Positions 1 to 9,431 of a stretch of 64,000 nucleotides of DNA are shown one piece after another. Both the position numbers and the translations under genes were made by a program. Each line of letters starts with the position of its first letter. Position 1 is the first letter of the stretch. The notes below the pieces were generated by a model. That model saw nothing but the letters and a program-made list of their open reading frames with translations, did not search any database and was not told where the DNA came from. Source of the DNA: a plasmid; the sequence record CP071152.1; one strand, written 5' to 3'.

Positions 1-76
1 CGGCGGGGTCTAGCCGCCGGCTCTCATCGAAGAAGGAGTCCTCGGTGAGATTCAGAATGCCGAACACCGTCACCAT
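1..76 (-). CDS. sul1: sul1 5' fragment (sulfonamide-resistant dihydropteroate synthase), start codon at 74-76 on minus strand, runs off window start
   Basis: Reverse complement of 1-76 reads ATGGTGACGGTGTTCGGCATTCTGAATCTCACCGAGGACTCCTTCTTCGATGAGAGCCGGCGGCTAGACCCCGCCG, the canonical sul1 N-terminus ([25 protein letters not shown]). It overlaps the qacEdelta1 stop as in the class 1 integron 3'-CS. Confidence 0.8.
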   Translation of the reverse strand, partial: MVTVFGILNLTEDSFFDESRRLDPA

Positions 77-417
77 GGCGTCGGCCTCCGCAGCGACTTC
101 CACGATGGGGATCGGGCGAGCAAAAAGGCAGCAATTATGAGCCCCATACCTACAAAGCCCCACGCATCAAGCTTTTGCCCATGAAGCAACCAGGCAATGG
201 CTGTAATTATGACGACGCCGAGTCCCGACCAGACTGCATAAGCAACACCGACAGGGATGGATTTCAGAACCAGAGAAAGAAAATAAAATGCGATGCCATA
301 ACCGATTATGACAACGGCGGAAGGGGCAAGCTTAGTAAAGCCCTCGCTAGATTTTAATGCGGATGTTGCGATTACTTCGCCAACTATTGCGATAACAAGA
401 AAAAGCCAGCCTTTCAT
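70..417 (-). CDS. qacEdelta1: QacEdelta1 small multidrug resistance efflux protein (3'-conserved segment of class 1 integrons)
   Basis: 115-aa [33 protein letters not shown]...[14 protein letters not shown] matches remembered QacEdelta1. Position is immediately upstream of sul1. Confidence 0.9.
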   Translation of the reverse strand: MKGWLFLVIAIVGEVIATSALKSSEGFTKLAPSAVVIIGYGIAFYFLSLVLKSIPVGVAYAVWSGLGVVIITAIAWLLHGQKLDAWGFVGMGLIIAAFLLARSPSWKSLRRPTPW

Positions 418-519
418 GATATATCTCCCAATTTGTGTAGGGCTTATTATGCACGCTTAAAAATAATAAAAGCAGACTTGACCTGATAGTTTGGCTGTGA
501 GCAATTATGTGCTTAGTGC

Positions 520-600
520 ATCTAACGCCGTTATCAATTGCGGTAAGAAGCGTAGCAAGCGAAGCGAACGAAGCTTTTTACCGTCAATTGCATAGCTTTG
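520..600 (-). other. attC (59-base element) of the dfrA cassette plus cassette/3'-CS junction
   Basis: Imperfect inverted-repeat-rich segment between dfrA stop (601) and the 3'-CS. The reverse complement of ~515-528 contains GTTAGATGCAC, the typical start of the 3'-CS after the last attC. Confidence 0.5.
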
Positions 601-1074
601 TTAACCCTTTTGCCAAATTTGATAGCAATAGTTAATGTTTGAGCTAAAGTGTTGCTCAAAAACAACTTCGAAGGTATTGGGAATATTCGGAAAGAAAACA
701 TCTCCTTCCGGCTCAATATCAATCGTCGATATATGGAGCGTAGAGGCCATGGGCAATGTTTCTCTGTAAATCTCCCCGCCACCAGACACTATAACGTGAT
801 CGGTGAGTTCAGCCAGCCCGTACATGGCCTCTTCGATCGACGGGAATACTATTACGTTGTCATTATCGGCCGTCCAGGCTGAGCGAGTAACGACCGCGTA
901 TTTCCTATTAGGGAGTGCTCCCATAGATTCGAACGTCTTGCGGCCCACCAAAAGCCACTGGTTGTACGTCAAGGCTTTAAAGAGTAGCTGCTCTCCTTTC
1001 GCGGACCAGGGTATGTGTGGACCGCAACCAATCACTCCGTTTTTCGCTTTTGCAGCCATTAATGATACTTTCAC
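601..1074 (-). CDS. dfrA: Trimethoprim-resistant dihydrofolate reductase type A gene cassette (dfrA1/dfrA5/dfrA15 group)
   Basis: 157-aa ORF with remembered DfrA1-family motifs ([74 protein letters not shown]). Single cassette between attI1 and qacEdelta1. Confidence 0.9.
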   Translation of the reverse strand: MKVSLMAAKAKNGVIGCGPHIPWSAKGEQLLFKALTYNQWLLVGRKTFESMGALPNRKYAVVTRSAWTADNDNVIVFPSIEEAMYGLAELTDHVIVSGGGEIYRETLPMASTLHISTIDIEPEGDVFFPNIPNTFEVVFEQHFSSNINYCYQIWQKG

Positions 1075-1229
1075 AATTTTGGTTCCGGGTTAACTTTGTT
1101 TTAGGGCGACTGCCCTGCTGCGTAACATCGTTGCTGCTCCATAACATCAAACATCGACCCACGGCGTAACGCGCTTGCTGCTTGGATGCCCGAGGCATAG
1201 ACTGTACAAAAAAACAGTCATAACAAGCC
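1075..1229. promoter_or_regulatory. attI1: attI1 integron recombination site and intI1-cassette intergenic region
   Basis: Reverse complement contains GCCCTAAAACAAAGTTAACC (attI1 core region) adjacent to the first cassette. The inactive P2 spacing TTGTTATGACTGTTTTTTTGTACAGT is present. Confidence 0.7.
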
Positions 1230-2243
1230 ATGAAAACCGCCACTGCGCCGTTACCACCGCTGCGTTCGGTCAAGGTTCTGGACCAGTTGCGTGAGCGCAT
1301 ACGCTACTTGCATTACAGCTTACGAACCGAACAGGCTTATGTCCACTGGGTTCGTGCCTTCATCCGTTTCCACGGTGTGCGTCACCCGGCAACCTTGGGC
1401 AGCAGCGAAGTCGAGGCATTTCTGTCCTGGCTGGCGAACGAGCGCAAGGTTTCGGTCTCCACGCATCGTCAGGCATTGGCGGCCTTGCTGTTCTTCTACG
1501 GCAAGGTGCTGTGCACGGATCTGCCCTGGCTTCAGGAGATCGGAAGACCTCGGCCGTCGCGGCGCTTGCCGGTGGTGCTGACCCCGGATGAAGTGGTTCG
1601 CATCCTCGGTTTTCTGGAAGGCGAGCATCGTTTGTTCGCCCAGCTTCTGTATGGAACGGGCATGCGGATCAGTGAGGGTTTGCAACTGCGGGTCAAGGAT
1701 CTGGATTTCGATCACGGCACGATCATCGTGCGGGAGGGCAAGGGCTCCAAGGATCGGGCCTTGATGTTACCCGAGAGCTTGGCACCCAGCCTGCGCGAGC
1801 AGCTGTCGCGTGCACGGGCATGGTGGCTGAAGGACCAGGCCGAGGGCCGCAGCGGCGTTGCGCTTCCCGACGCCCTTGAGCGGAAGTATCCGCGCGCCGG
1901 GCATTCCTGGCCGTGGTTCTGGGTTTTTGCGCAGCACACGCATTCGACCGATCCACGGAGCGGTGTCGTGCGTCGCCATCACATGTATGACCAGACCTTT
2001 CAGCGCGCCTTCAAACGTGCCGTAGAACAAGCAGGCATCACGAAGCCCGCCACACCGCACACCCTCCGCCACTCGTTCGCGACGGCCTTGCTCCGCAGCG
2101 GTTACGACATTCGAACCGTGCAGGATCTGCTCGGCCATTCCGACGTCTCTACGACGATGATTTACACGCATGTGCTGAAAGTTGGCGGTGCCGGAGTGCG
2201 CTCACCGCTTGATGCGCTGCCGCCCCTCACTAGTGAGAGGTAG
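1230..2243 (+). CDS. intI1: Class 1 integron integrase IntI1
   Basis: 337-aa [68 protein letters not shown]...[41 protein letters not shown] is IntI1. Tyrosine recombinase boxes are present. Confidence 0.95.
1317..1345 (-). promoter_or_regulatory. Pc: Cassette promoter Pc, weak PcW variant (-35 TGGACA, 17-bp spacer, -10 TAAGCT) inside intI1
   Basis: Reverse complement of 1340-1345 is TGGACA and of 1317-1322 is TAAGCT with a 17-bp spacer. No TGN motif precedes the -10 and no GGG insertion activates P2. Confidence 0.7.
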
Positions 2244-2420
2244 GGCAGCGCAAGTCAATCCTGGCGGATTCACTACCCCTGCGCGAAGGCCATCGGTGCC
2301 GCATCGAACGGCCGGTTGCGGAAAGTCCTCCCTGCGTCCGCTGATGGCCGGCAGCAGCCCGTCGTTGCCTGATGGATCCAACCCCTCCGCTGCTATAGTG
2401 CAGTCGGCTTCTGACGTTCA

Positions 2421-2445
2421 GTGCAGCCGTCTTCTGAAAACGACA
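2421..2445. repeat. IRi: IRi, the 25-bp inverted repeat at the intI1 end of class 1 integrons
   Basis: Sequence GTGCAGCCGTCTTCTGAAAACGACA is the exact reverse complement of IRi TGTCGTTTTCAGAAGACGGCTGCAC. It lies 202 bp past the intI1 stop as in the 5'-CS. Confidence 0.85.
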
Positions 2446-2491
2446 GCGGAAAACAATGCCGCTATGGTATAGCATACGGAAATCATAGGCT

Positions 2492-3100
2492 ATGGGTTTT
2501 CCACACATGCTTGTCGGCTACATGCGCGTCTCTTCCGACTCTGATCGACAAACCACGGATCTACAACGCGATGCCCTGTTGGCGGCAGGCGTTGATGCGC
2601 GCCACCTATTCGAGGATCGCGCGTCCGGCGCCAAGGATGATCGTCCGGGGTTGGCCAAGGCGCTGGCGTTTGTTCAACCTGACGATGTTCTTGTCGTCTG
2701 GAAGCTGGACAGGCTTGGCCGCTCGCTGTCGCATCTGCTCACCATCGTTGACACGTTGCGGGAGCGGCAGGTCGCTTTTCGTTCGCTCACCGAAGGCATG
2801 GATACCACCACGCCATCGGGCGAGCTATTGTTTCAGGTGTTCGGTGCGCTTGCGCAGTACGAACGCGCCCTGACCCGAGAAAGGGTAATAGCCGGACTGG
2901 CGGCCGCCAAGCGACGGGGCCGACTCGGTGGCCGGCCACCGGCGATCATCGGCGAGAAACTGGACACCATCGTCGCCGCGCTGAATGGCGGCATGTCCAA
3001 GGCGGCTGTGTGCCGCAACTTTGGCGTCAAGCGCACCACGCTGATCGAAACCCTTGCCCGAGTTGGCTGGCCAAGTGCTGAGAAGATGCCGCAACGATGA
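2492..3100 (+). CDS. tnpR: Serine recombinase, Tn3-family resolvase TnpR (alternative start 2507, MLVGYMRVSS)
   Basis: Resolvase N-terminal catalytic motif GYMRVSSDSDRQTTDLQRDAL is present, with the C-terminal HTH region. The stop overlaps the tnpA start (ATGA). The start lies only 47-62 bp from IRi, so the integron sits inside the res region. Confidence 0.85.
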   Translation: MGFPHMLVGYMRVSSDSDRQTTDLQRDALLAAGVDARHLFEDRASGAKDDRPGLAKALAFVQPDDVLVVWKLDRLGRSLSHLLTIVDTLRERQVAFRSLTEGMDTTTPSGELLFQVFGALAQYERALTRERVIAGLAAAKRRGRLGGRPPAIIGEKLDTIVAALNGGMSKAAVCRNFGVKRTTLIETLARVGWPSAEKMPQR

Positions 3101-6100
3101 GGCGTAAAAGCGAGCGGCTAACCGTTCTTTCGGAGGCCGAGCAATTCGCCCTGTACGGCATGCCTGACTTCGATGATGGACAGCAACAGGAGTATCTATC
3201 ACTGACCGAGGCGGAACTGGCGCTCGCCTGCAGTCGTCCTGGTTTGCATGCCCAAGCTTACTGCGCTTTGCAGATCGGCTACTTCAAAGCCAAGCATGCC
3301 TTCTTCCGCTTTACTTGGGACGACGCGCCGGACGATTGCGCCTTCGTCCTGACTCGCTATTTCAACGATCAGGCGTTCGAGCCGCACACGATCACCAAGC
3401 ACGAGCGCTACGCGCAACGAACTCTGATTGCGAAGCTATTCGGCTACCGGCTATGGTCGACGGACTCCCTGCCACAACTCGTGCAACAAGCCAATCAGAT
3501 CGTTCGGCGTGACATCACGCCCGGCTTCATCGTGGCCGAGTTGATCGTCTATCTCAACGAGCACAAGATCGTCCGGCCCGGCCTCACCACGTTGCAGGAA
3601 CTGATCAGCGAAGCATTGTCCGCCGAACGCCGACGCTTGGGTGTGCTACTCGATGAGGTACTGGACGGCGAGGCCAAGGCCGCGCTGGCTCAACTTCTGG
3701 TGCGCGACGACACCCTGTCGGAGCTGGCGGCTCTCAAGCAGGATGCCAAAAGCTTCGGCTGGCGACAAATGGCGCAGGAGCGGGAGAAGCGTGCCAAGCT
3801 GGAACCGTTATACCGAATTGCCAAGACGCTGTTGGCCAGGTTGGCGATCTCGCAGCAGAATCTGCACTATTACGCGAGCCTGGCCAATTTTTACACTGTC
3901 TACGACCTTCGCCGCCTCAAACCCGAGCAGACCAACTTGTATCTGCTGTGCTACGCCTGGCAGCGTTATCGACAGTTTACCGATAATCTCGTAGATGCCT
4001 TGGGCTACCACATGAAGCAGCTCGAAGACGAGAGCAAGGCGCGGTCGAATAAGCTCTTCGTCACGGAACAGATCCGTCGGCAACAGGAAACGCCGCGAGT
4101 CGGACGTTTGCTGTTGCTCTACGTCGACGACACGGTGGCCGATGTCACGCCTTTCGGCGACGTGCGCCAGCGTGCGTTCAAGATCATGCCGAAGGAGGCG
4201 CTGCAAATGACCGGCCAACGCCTCAGCGTGAAGCCCGCGAGCAAGCTGGCCCTGCGCTGGCAGACCGTTGACGGTTTGGCCGAACGCATCCGGCGCCACG
4301 TGCGGCCACTCTACGGGGCGCTTGAATTCTCCGGGGTCGTGCCGGATAACCCGTGGCTTGGGGCGCTCGCCTGGGTGAAGGGTGTATTCGCGAAACAGCA
4401 GCGACTGTCACACCGTCCTCTGGCCGAATGCCCCGAGGCCACCCTGCCCAAGCGTCTGCGTCCCTATCTATTGATATTCGACGCGGACGGGAAGCCCTTG
4501 GGCTTACATGCCGACCGCTATGAGTTCTGGCTTTACCGCCAACTCAGAAAACGCTTCAAGGCTGGAGAGATCTATCTGGACGACAGTCTGCAGCACCGCT
4601 GCTTTACTGACGAGCTGGTCTCCCTTGAGGAGAAGGCCAGCGTGCTCGGCCAGATGGACATTCCCTGGCTGCGCCAGCCCATCGGAGCGCAACTTGACGC
4701 GCTGAAGGCCGAACTCCACGAACAGTGGCTGGCGTTCAACCGTGAGTTGCGCCAAGGGAAGTTGAAGCATCTCGACTACGATAGCGAGCGCAAGACGCTG
4801 ACCTGGCGCCGACCCAAGGCCGACAACGATACCGCCAAACAGAACCGCTTCTATGATCAATTGTCGTTCTGCGATGTCGGTGACGTGTTCCGCTTTGTGA
4901 ACGGGCAATGCCAGTTCCTGTCGGCGCTGACACCGCTGCAACCGCGCTACGTCAAGCAGGTCGCCGATTCGGACAGTCTGATGGCCGGTATCATCGCCCA
5001 GGCGATGAACCACGGCAACCTCGTCATGTCGCGCACCAGTGATATTCCCTACCACGTGCTGGAGACGACCTACCAACAGTATCTGCGCCAGGCATCGCTG
5101 CAGGCGGCCAACGACCGGATCAGCAATGGCATTGCCGACTTGCCCATCTTCCCGCACTATTCCTTCGACCTTGGTGGAGCACTCTACGGCAGCGTCGATG
5201 GTCAGAAGTTCGGCGTGGAGCGACCGACCGTCAAGGCGCGGCATTCGCGTAAGTATTTCGGTCGTGGTAAAGGGGTCGTCGCCTACACCCTGCTGTGTAA
5301 CCATGTGCCGCTGCAAAGTTGGATCATCGGCGCGCATGAGTTCGAGGCGCATCACGTGTTCGACATTTGGTACCGCAACACGTCCGATATCGTGCCAACC
5401 ACGATTACCGGTGACATGCACAGCGTCAACAAGGCGAACTTCGCCATCCTGTATTGGTTTGGTCTACGCTTCGAGCCGCGTTTCACCGATCTGGAAGAGC
5501 AACTGAAAGAACTCTACTGCGCCGATGATCCGGCGCTGTACGAAAAATGCCTGATTCGCCCGGTCGGCCAGATCAACCTGCCCGCCGTCATTGATGAGAA
5601 AAGCAACATTGATCAGATCGTGGCCACGCTAGGCCTCAAAGAGATGACGCAGGGCACACTGATCCGCAAGCTGTGCACCTACTCCGCATCGAACCCAACG
5701 CGGCAAGCCATATTCGAGTTCGACAAGCTGATTCGCAGCATCTACACGTTGCGCTATTTGCGTGATCCTCAGTTGGAGCGCAACGTCCACCGCTCGCAGA
5801 ATCGCATCGAGTCCTACCACCAGCTGCGTTCAGCCATCGCTCAGGTCGGCGGCAAGAAGGAATTGACCGGCCAGACCGACATCGAAGTCGAAATCAGCAA
5901 CCAGTGCGCGCGGCTGATCGCCAACGCCATCATCTACTACAACTCGGCGATCCTTTCGCGGCTGTTGACCAAGTGTGAAACCAGCGGAAACGAGAAAGCC
6001 CTCGCCCTGCTCAAGAAGATTTCGCCGGCAGCGTGGCGCCATATTCACCTGAACGGGCACTATACCTTTCACGGCGATGGTCAGATTATCGATCTGGATG

Positions 6101-6129
6101 CGATCGTGGCGGGGCTGGAATTGGGTTGA
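3097..6129 (+). CDS. tnpA: Tn3-family DDE transposase TnpA (1010 aa), not identical to the Tn21/Tn3 proteins I can recall
   Basis: Length and C-terminal conserved blocks typical of Tn3-family TnpA (SRKYFGRGKGVVAYT, ITGDMHSVNKANFAILYWFGLRFEPRFTDLEE, SPAAWRHIHLNGHYTF). Co-directional with and overlapping tnpR. Confidence 0.9.
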   Translation: MRRKSERLTVLSEAEQFALYGMPDFDDGQQQEYLSLTEAELALACSRPGLHAQAYCALQIGYFKAKHAFFRFTWDDAPDDCAFVLTRYFNDQAFEPHTITKHERYAQRTLIAKLFGYRLWSTDSLPQLVQQANQIVRRDITPGFIVAELIVYLNEHKIVRPGLTTLQELISEALSAERRRLGVLLDEVLDGEAKAALAQLLVRDDTLSELAALKQDAKSFGWRQMAQEREKRAKLEPLYRIAKTLLARLAISQQNLHYYASLANFYTVYDLRRLKPEQTNLYLLCYAWQRYRQFTDNLVDALGYHMKQLEDESKARSNKLFVTEQIRRQQETPRVGRLLLLYVDDTVADVTPFGDVRQRAFKIMPKEALQMTGQRLSVKPASKLALRWQTVDGLAERIRRHVRPLYGALEFSGVVPDNPWLGALAWVKGVFAKQQRLSHRPLAECPEATLPKRLRPYLLIFDADGKPLGLHADRYEFWLYRQLRKRFKAGEIYLDDSLQHRCFTDELVSLEEKASVLGQMDIPWLRQPIGAQLDALKAELHEQWLAFNRELRQGKLKHLDYDSERKTLTWRRPKADNDTAKQNRFYDQLSFCDVGDVFRFVNGQCQFLSALTPLQPRYVKQVADSDSLMAGIIAQAMNHGNLVMSRTSDIPYHVLETTYQQYLRQASLQAANDRISNGIADLPIFPHYSFDLGGALYGSVDGQKFGVERPTVKARHSRKYFGRGKGVVAYTLLCNHVPLQSWIIGAHEFEAHHVFDIWYRNTSDIVPTTITGDMHSVNKANFAILYWFGLRFEPRFTDLEEQLKELYCADDPALYEKCLIRPVGQINLPAVIDEKSNIDQIVATLGLKEMTQGTLIRKLCTYSASNPTRQAIFEFDKLIRSIYTLRYLRDPQLERNVHRSQNRIESYHQLRSAIAQVGGKKELTGQTDIEVEISNQCARLIANAIIYYNSAILSRLLTKCETSGNEKALALLKKISPAAWRHIHLNGHYTFHGDGQIIDLDAIVAGLELG

Positions 6130-6161
6130 CGGAATTTTCGGCGGTTTGGGCTTACCCCCCC
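6124..6161. repeat. Putative 38-bp terminal inverted repeat of the Tn3-family transposon (outer end CCCC at 6161)
   Basis: The reverse complement GGGGGGGTAAGCCCAAACCGCCGAAAATTCCGTCAACC resembles Tn3-family IRs (GGGG...CGGAAAA...). It overlaps the tnpA stop as usual. The partner IR lies outside the window. Confidence 0.45.
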
Positions 6162-7090
6162 AATTGGCAACTCGGCACCGAGGTCTACGGGTGAGCGTCG
6201 CCACGGTGAAGAAGATAAAAAGAATAGGTTGAGATCCTATTAGACAAGGGGTGGTACTGGGCACATCACCCCTCAGCCCAGCTGGGCCACAATCAGATGA
6301 GCTTGATCTCCTCCGTGGACATTGGCTATAGCAGGTGAATATCAGCAGGCACCAGGCGTATCAGTCGACACAGGTGACCGGCCCACGCTTGGCCCTGGGC
6401 TCCCGTGATATGCCCAAGAACGCCATCAACCAGGAGTCGCTCAGGGAGGAATATGAGGACTTGGCCACACAGCTAAAGCGAGTTGGGCTTCCCGCCACTA
6501 TCTCGGTTGAGCCTAAGCTCGGACTCACTGGTCCTGACCCTGTCGGTCAGCACCACAGACCTCTATGACCATGCAGGGAGCGATCGGGTGCAGAAACGCA
6601 CCTTTACCGGGGAGCAGTTCCGAGCTCGCATTCGCCCTCGGGGAGATACGGCAGGATATAGAGGGAGGTTTGGACTTCTTCTGCTGGATCAGTACAGCCA
6701 AGACAACATCGTGGAAGCGAACAAGCAGGCGGACAGGCCCCAAAGACTCGACGCCATCGGAGCCAGGATAGAGCTGCCTATCGAGATGGCCTTTGCCCTC
6801 TATCGCCGCCCTGGGACAGCGGATGAGCTGAACCCCGCCTAATCATATTGCGATATTGATGCTTCATATTTTCGATATGATGGTCTTCTGGGAGCCAGAC
6901 CGCTGTATATGGTCGATGTCCACGGAGGAAATAATGGTAAATCTGGGGCAACGCTCACCGTGGCCCCATCATATCCACAATTCGATTCATCATATTGCTG
7001 TTTTGATTTGCTCTTTCGCGCATCGCACTGCACCGGTGACCTGCCTATCGTGTCGGGGCCCTTGTACTCAAGGGACAACAAGGCAGGCGA

Positions 7091-7717
7091 TCACTGGCCG
7101 AACTGCGCCTCGCAGGGTTCGCCGTCGTAATTACCATCTAGCTTGGTGTTCGGGCAGTTGTCGAGGAAGAACTGCGCCTCCTCCAAACTTTGCATCTGGC
7201 TGCAATATTGCCGCCCATCGCAACGGTATCGGCTGGTTGCGACATCTACCCTGACTTCCTGCTGCTCATCCCCGCCGCTTGAGTTGGCCTGGCTCACCTG
7301 CGCGATGGGGTGCGACCCATGGCCGGACAGAAATGGCTTGGCTGCCAAGTAGCCGCCCGCCAGCAACGCCACACTCATCAGCAACGAGGTAAACCTCGGG
7401 CGTGATGAACGCGGCTTAGGACGACGCTGAGCCTGGGGCGTGCTCGGCGCTCGATGTGGATGGAGGACTCTGGGCGGCACACTGCTACCGGCCCGGCGCA
7501 CCGACTCGGCTCTGGGGCGGCCATCGCGCCCGGCCCCAATCTCAAAGATCAAGCTCTCATTGAGCCGGGGCGGCACACCATCTCGGGGGAAGGCCGAGAT
7601 ATGGACGAAATACTCCTTCTGATCCATGTCGCATCGCACGAACCCAAAGCCCTTGTCGCCGTTCCAGCGCACCAATGTTCCCTTAAACGCCATGTCTGCA
7701 ATCCTTCTTATCGGCAC
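7091..7717 (-). CDS. Cold-shock-domain protein fused to a C-terminal Excalibur calcium-binding domain, with a central hydrophobic/membrane segment
   Basis: The N-terminus has the CSD RNP1 motif (KGFGFV) and FVHISAF. The middle has a proline/basic linker then the hydrophobic stretch LLMSVALLAGGYLAA. The C-terminus reads DNCPNTKLDGNYDGEPCE, the Excalibur DxDxDGxxCE motif. Confidence 0.7.
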   Translation of the reverse strand: MPIRRIADMAFKGTLVRWNGDKGFGFVRCDMDQKEYFVHISAFPRDGVPPRLNESLIFEIGAGRDGRPRAESVRRAGSSVPPRVLHPHRAPSTPQAQRRPKPRSSRPRFTSLLMSVALLAGGYLAAKPFLSGHGSHPIAQVSQANSSGGDEQQEVRVDVATSRYRCDGRQYCSQMQSLEEAQFFLDNCPNTKLDGNYDGEPCEAQFGQ

Positions 7718-7801
7718 CCATTGTGGTGTCTCTGTGTTGTTGGCTTCGGCCTGCTGTCGTCCGCATTGTCATTGTCCTTGCGGTACATCCACGCCGTTCT
7801 A

Positions 7802-8905
7802 CTAGCTCCGGTTGGCACGACGCTTGGCCATCGCGCCTTCCTCAGCAAAGATGCTTCGGCAATATTTCATCACCATCACTTCACTTTTCCAACGACCGGA
7901 CATCATGATCTTCAAGGCATTTTCACCGGATGCAGCGAGGTCTTGCGCGGCCCCAACCCGGCATGAGTGAGCAGTAAATGGCGGGATACCCAACTCCTCC
8001 ACTGCTAGCACGGTCGAGGCACGGGTGAAGATCCGTAGAACAGTGGAGTAGCCCAGGTGCCTCACCCTTTTGACTGAACAGCCTTCTGGGTTGATGCCAG
8101 CAAACAGCGGATCATCGAGCTTGGTATCGAACACCCGCCCCGCCAGGCTGAAATACTCGCGAATCAACCGCATGGCTTGCCGGGAAAGCATGGTTACGTC
8201 AGGATCGCCCGAAACATTGGTTTTGCTTATCGGGATGGTGAGCACCGCGCTGCCATCGGGCTTCATCGTCAGGTGGTTGAGCTTGACCCGAGCCACCTCC
8301 GCCGCCCGCAGAAGGGTCTCGTAAGCCAGGGTCAGCAAGGCCAGATCCCGCCGGTCGGCCAGAACCGGGCTGTTTCCCCACATCCTGTCGAGTTCGTCCA
8401 GATGGTATTCGCGCAGCGGGGTAGCCTGCTTAATGGTTTCGCCATTGAGCACCTTGTCGCGGGTATAATCACCCAGCATGTTCCGTATCGTGCGGTCAGC
8501 GGTCGGATCGGGGCATCCGCACTCCTGGTGAATGCGGGAGATGGCCCAGCGGTCCATGCCGAGTGTGTTCCTGTGTTTGTCCAGGGCTCGCTGTGAGAGA
8601 TAACGCTTTACCGTCTCCAGTTCCGCTGGGAGTGAGGTCAGCTCCTTTTCACGACACCACGCCTCGAACTGGAACCACATGCAGCGGAGTTGCCGGGCGG
8701 TGCGGGTGGCGCGGTTTTCCAGATGGCTGATAAACTCGCGCATGAAGCGACTTATCGTGATCTGGACGTTGGGATCCTGCTCCAGCCGGACCCCACGCAA
8801 CCACCCTTGGCGCATCAGGGTACTCAGATCGTCGGGCCGCATCTGGTCCCAAGCCAGTTGCAGCGGGCCCCCCGAGCTGTTATCAGTCAGAACCAACTCG
8901 TTCAT
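7802..8905 (-). CDS. Tyrosine site-specific recombinase (phage-integrase family)
   Basis: The C-terminal catalytic region AHSCRVGAAQDLAASGENALKIMMSGRWKSEVMVMKYCR has the H-x-x-R ... Y signature. An N-terminal SAM-like core-binding region is present. The start codon overlaps the stop of the upstream 98-aa ORF. Confidence 0.8.
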   Translation of the reverse strand: MNELVLTDNSSGGPLQLAWDQMRPDDLSTLMRQGWLRGVRLEQDPNVQITISRFMREFISHLENRATRTARQLRCMWFQFEAWCREKELTSLPAELETVKRYLSQRALDKHRNTLGMDRWAISRIHQECGCPDPTADRTIRNMLGDYTRDKVLNGETIKQATPLREYHLDELDRMWGNSPVLADRRDLALLTLAYETLLRAAEVARVKLNHLTMKPDGSAVLTIPISKTNVSGDPDVTMLSRQAMRLIREYFSLAGRVFDTKLDDPLFAGINPEGCSVKRVRHLGYSTVLRIFTRASTVLAVEELGIPPFTAHSCRVGAAQDLAASGENALKIMMSGRWKSEVMVMKYCRSIFAEEGAMAKRRANRS

Positions 8906-9198
8906 ACCGACTCCTGCTGTGCGTAGTAGAGCGAGCGAAAATACTGCTGCTGGCTGGGGGTGCAGGCGCGAAAGCTGGCGAACCGGCCACCCTTGACCAC
9001 CAACTCATCAAATCTGCCGTCGCTATCGCGGTAATAGACCCGGCGCAAACCGATCCCACCGTTCAGGTGGAGTTGCAACCAGGTGACCACCTCATCGGCC
9101 TGATTGGTCACCGAGGCTAACCCGGTCTCATTCCGGTCTATCAGCACGATCATGGTGTCACTGATCTCGTAGGTATCGAACCCGCAGCGTAAACTCAT
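8902..9198 (-). CDS. Hypothetical 98-aa protein co-transcribed with the tyrosine recombinase
   Basis: ORF with 4-bp overlap onto the recombinase start. An AT-rich promoter-like region lies upstream (9199-9430). No recognisable motif. Confidence 0.5.
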   Translation of the reverse strand: MSLRCGFDTYEISDTMIVLIDRNETGLASVTNQADEVVTWLQLHLNGGIGLRRVYYRDSDGRFDELVVKGGRFASFRACTPSQQQYFRSLYYAQQESV

Positions 9199-9431
9199 AG
9201 ATTAGTCCTCATTTAGCCCCTATATTTCATATGACATATAACCTTCATTATACACCATATGAAACGGTCTATAAAAGGGTATCATTCCCAACACCCTTAG
9301 CGTATCAATCTTTAGATTACTGGTCGTACCACCAAGACACTGATGGCGTCTTGAGAAGTAAGAACCAGCAAAGGCCGCACAATGTCAGATGGCATACATT
9401 GGCTGCTCTGGTTTGAACCCAAAAAGGGGCG

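Larger units (their letters stand above)
1..2445. mobile_element. Class 1 integron (partial at 3'-CS end): sul1'-qacEdelta1-[dfrA cassette]-attI1-intI1-IRi
   Basis: Canonical order and orientation of 5'-CS and 3'-CS elements. IRi marks the boundary at 2445. Confidence 0.85.
1..6161. mobile_element. Right part of a Tn3-family (Tn21-subgroup-like organisation) transposon carrying a class 1 integron inserted between res and tnpR
   Basis: res/integron-tnpR-tnpA-IR arrangement. intI1, tnpR and tnpA are co-directional as in Tn21/Tn1696-type integron-bearing transposons. Confidence 0.7.

Noticed and set aside
4504-5421. Minus-strand 305-aa ORF and several other antisense ORFs (1320-1715, 1767-2171, 3808-4299, 14563-14973, 15226-15747, 29533-30441 (+), 36621-37517, 37809-38360, 48422-49126)
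   Set aside because: Each is fully embedded antisense within a confidently identified gene (intI1, tnpA, the helicase gene, terC, the ter biosynthesis genes, the EAL gene). High-GC antisense frames are commonly open.
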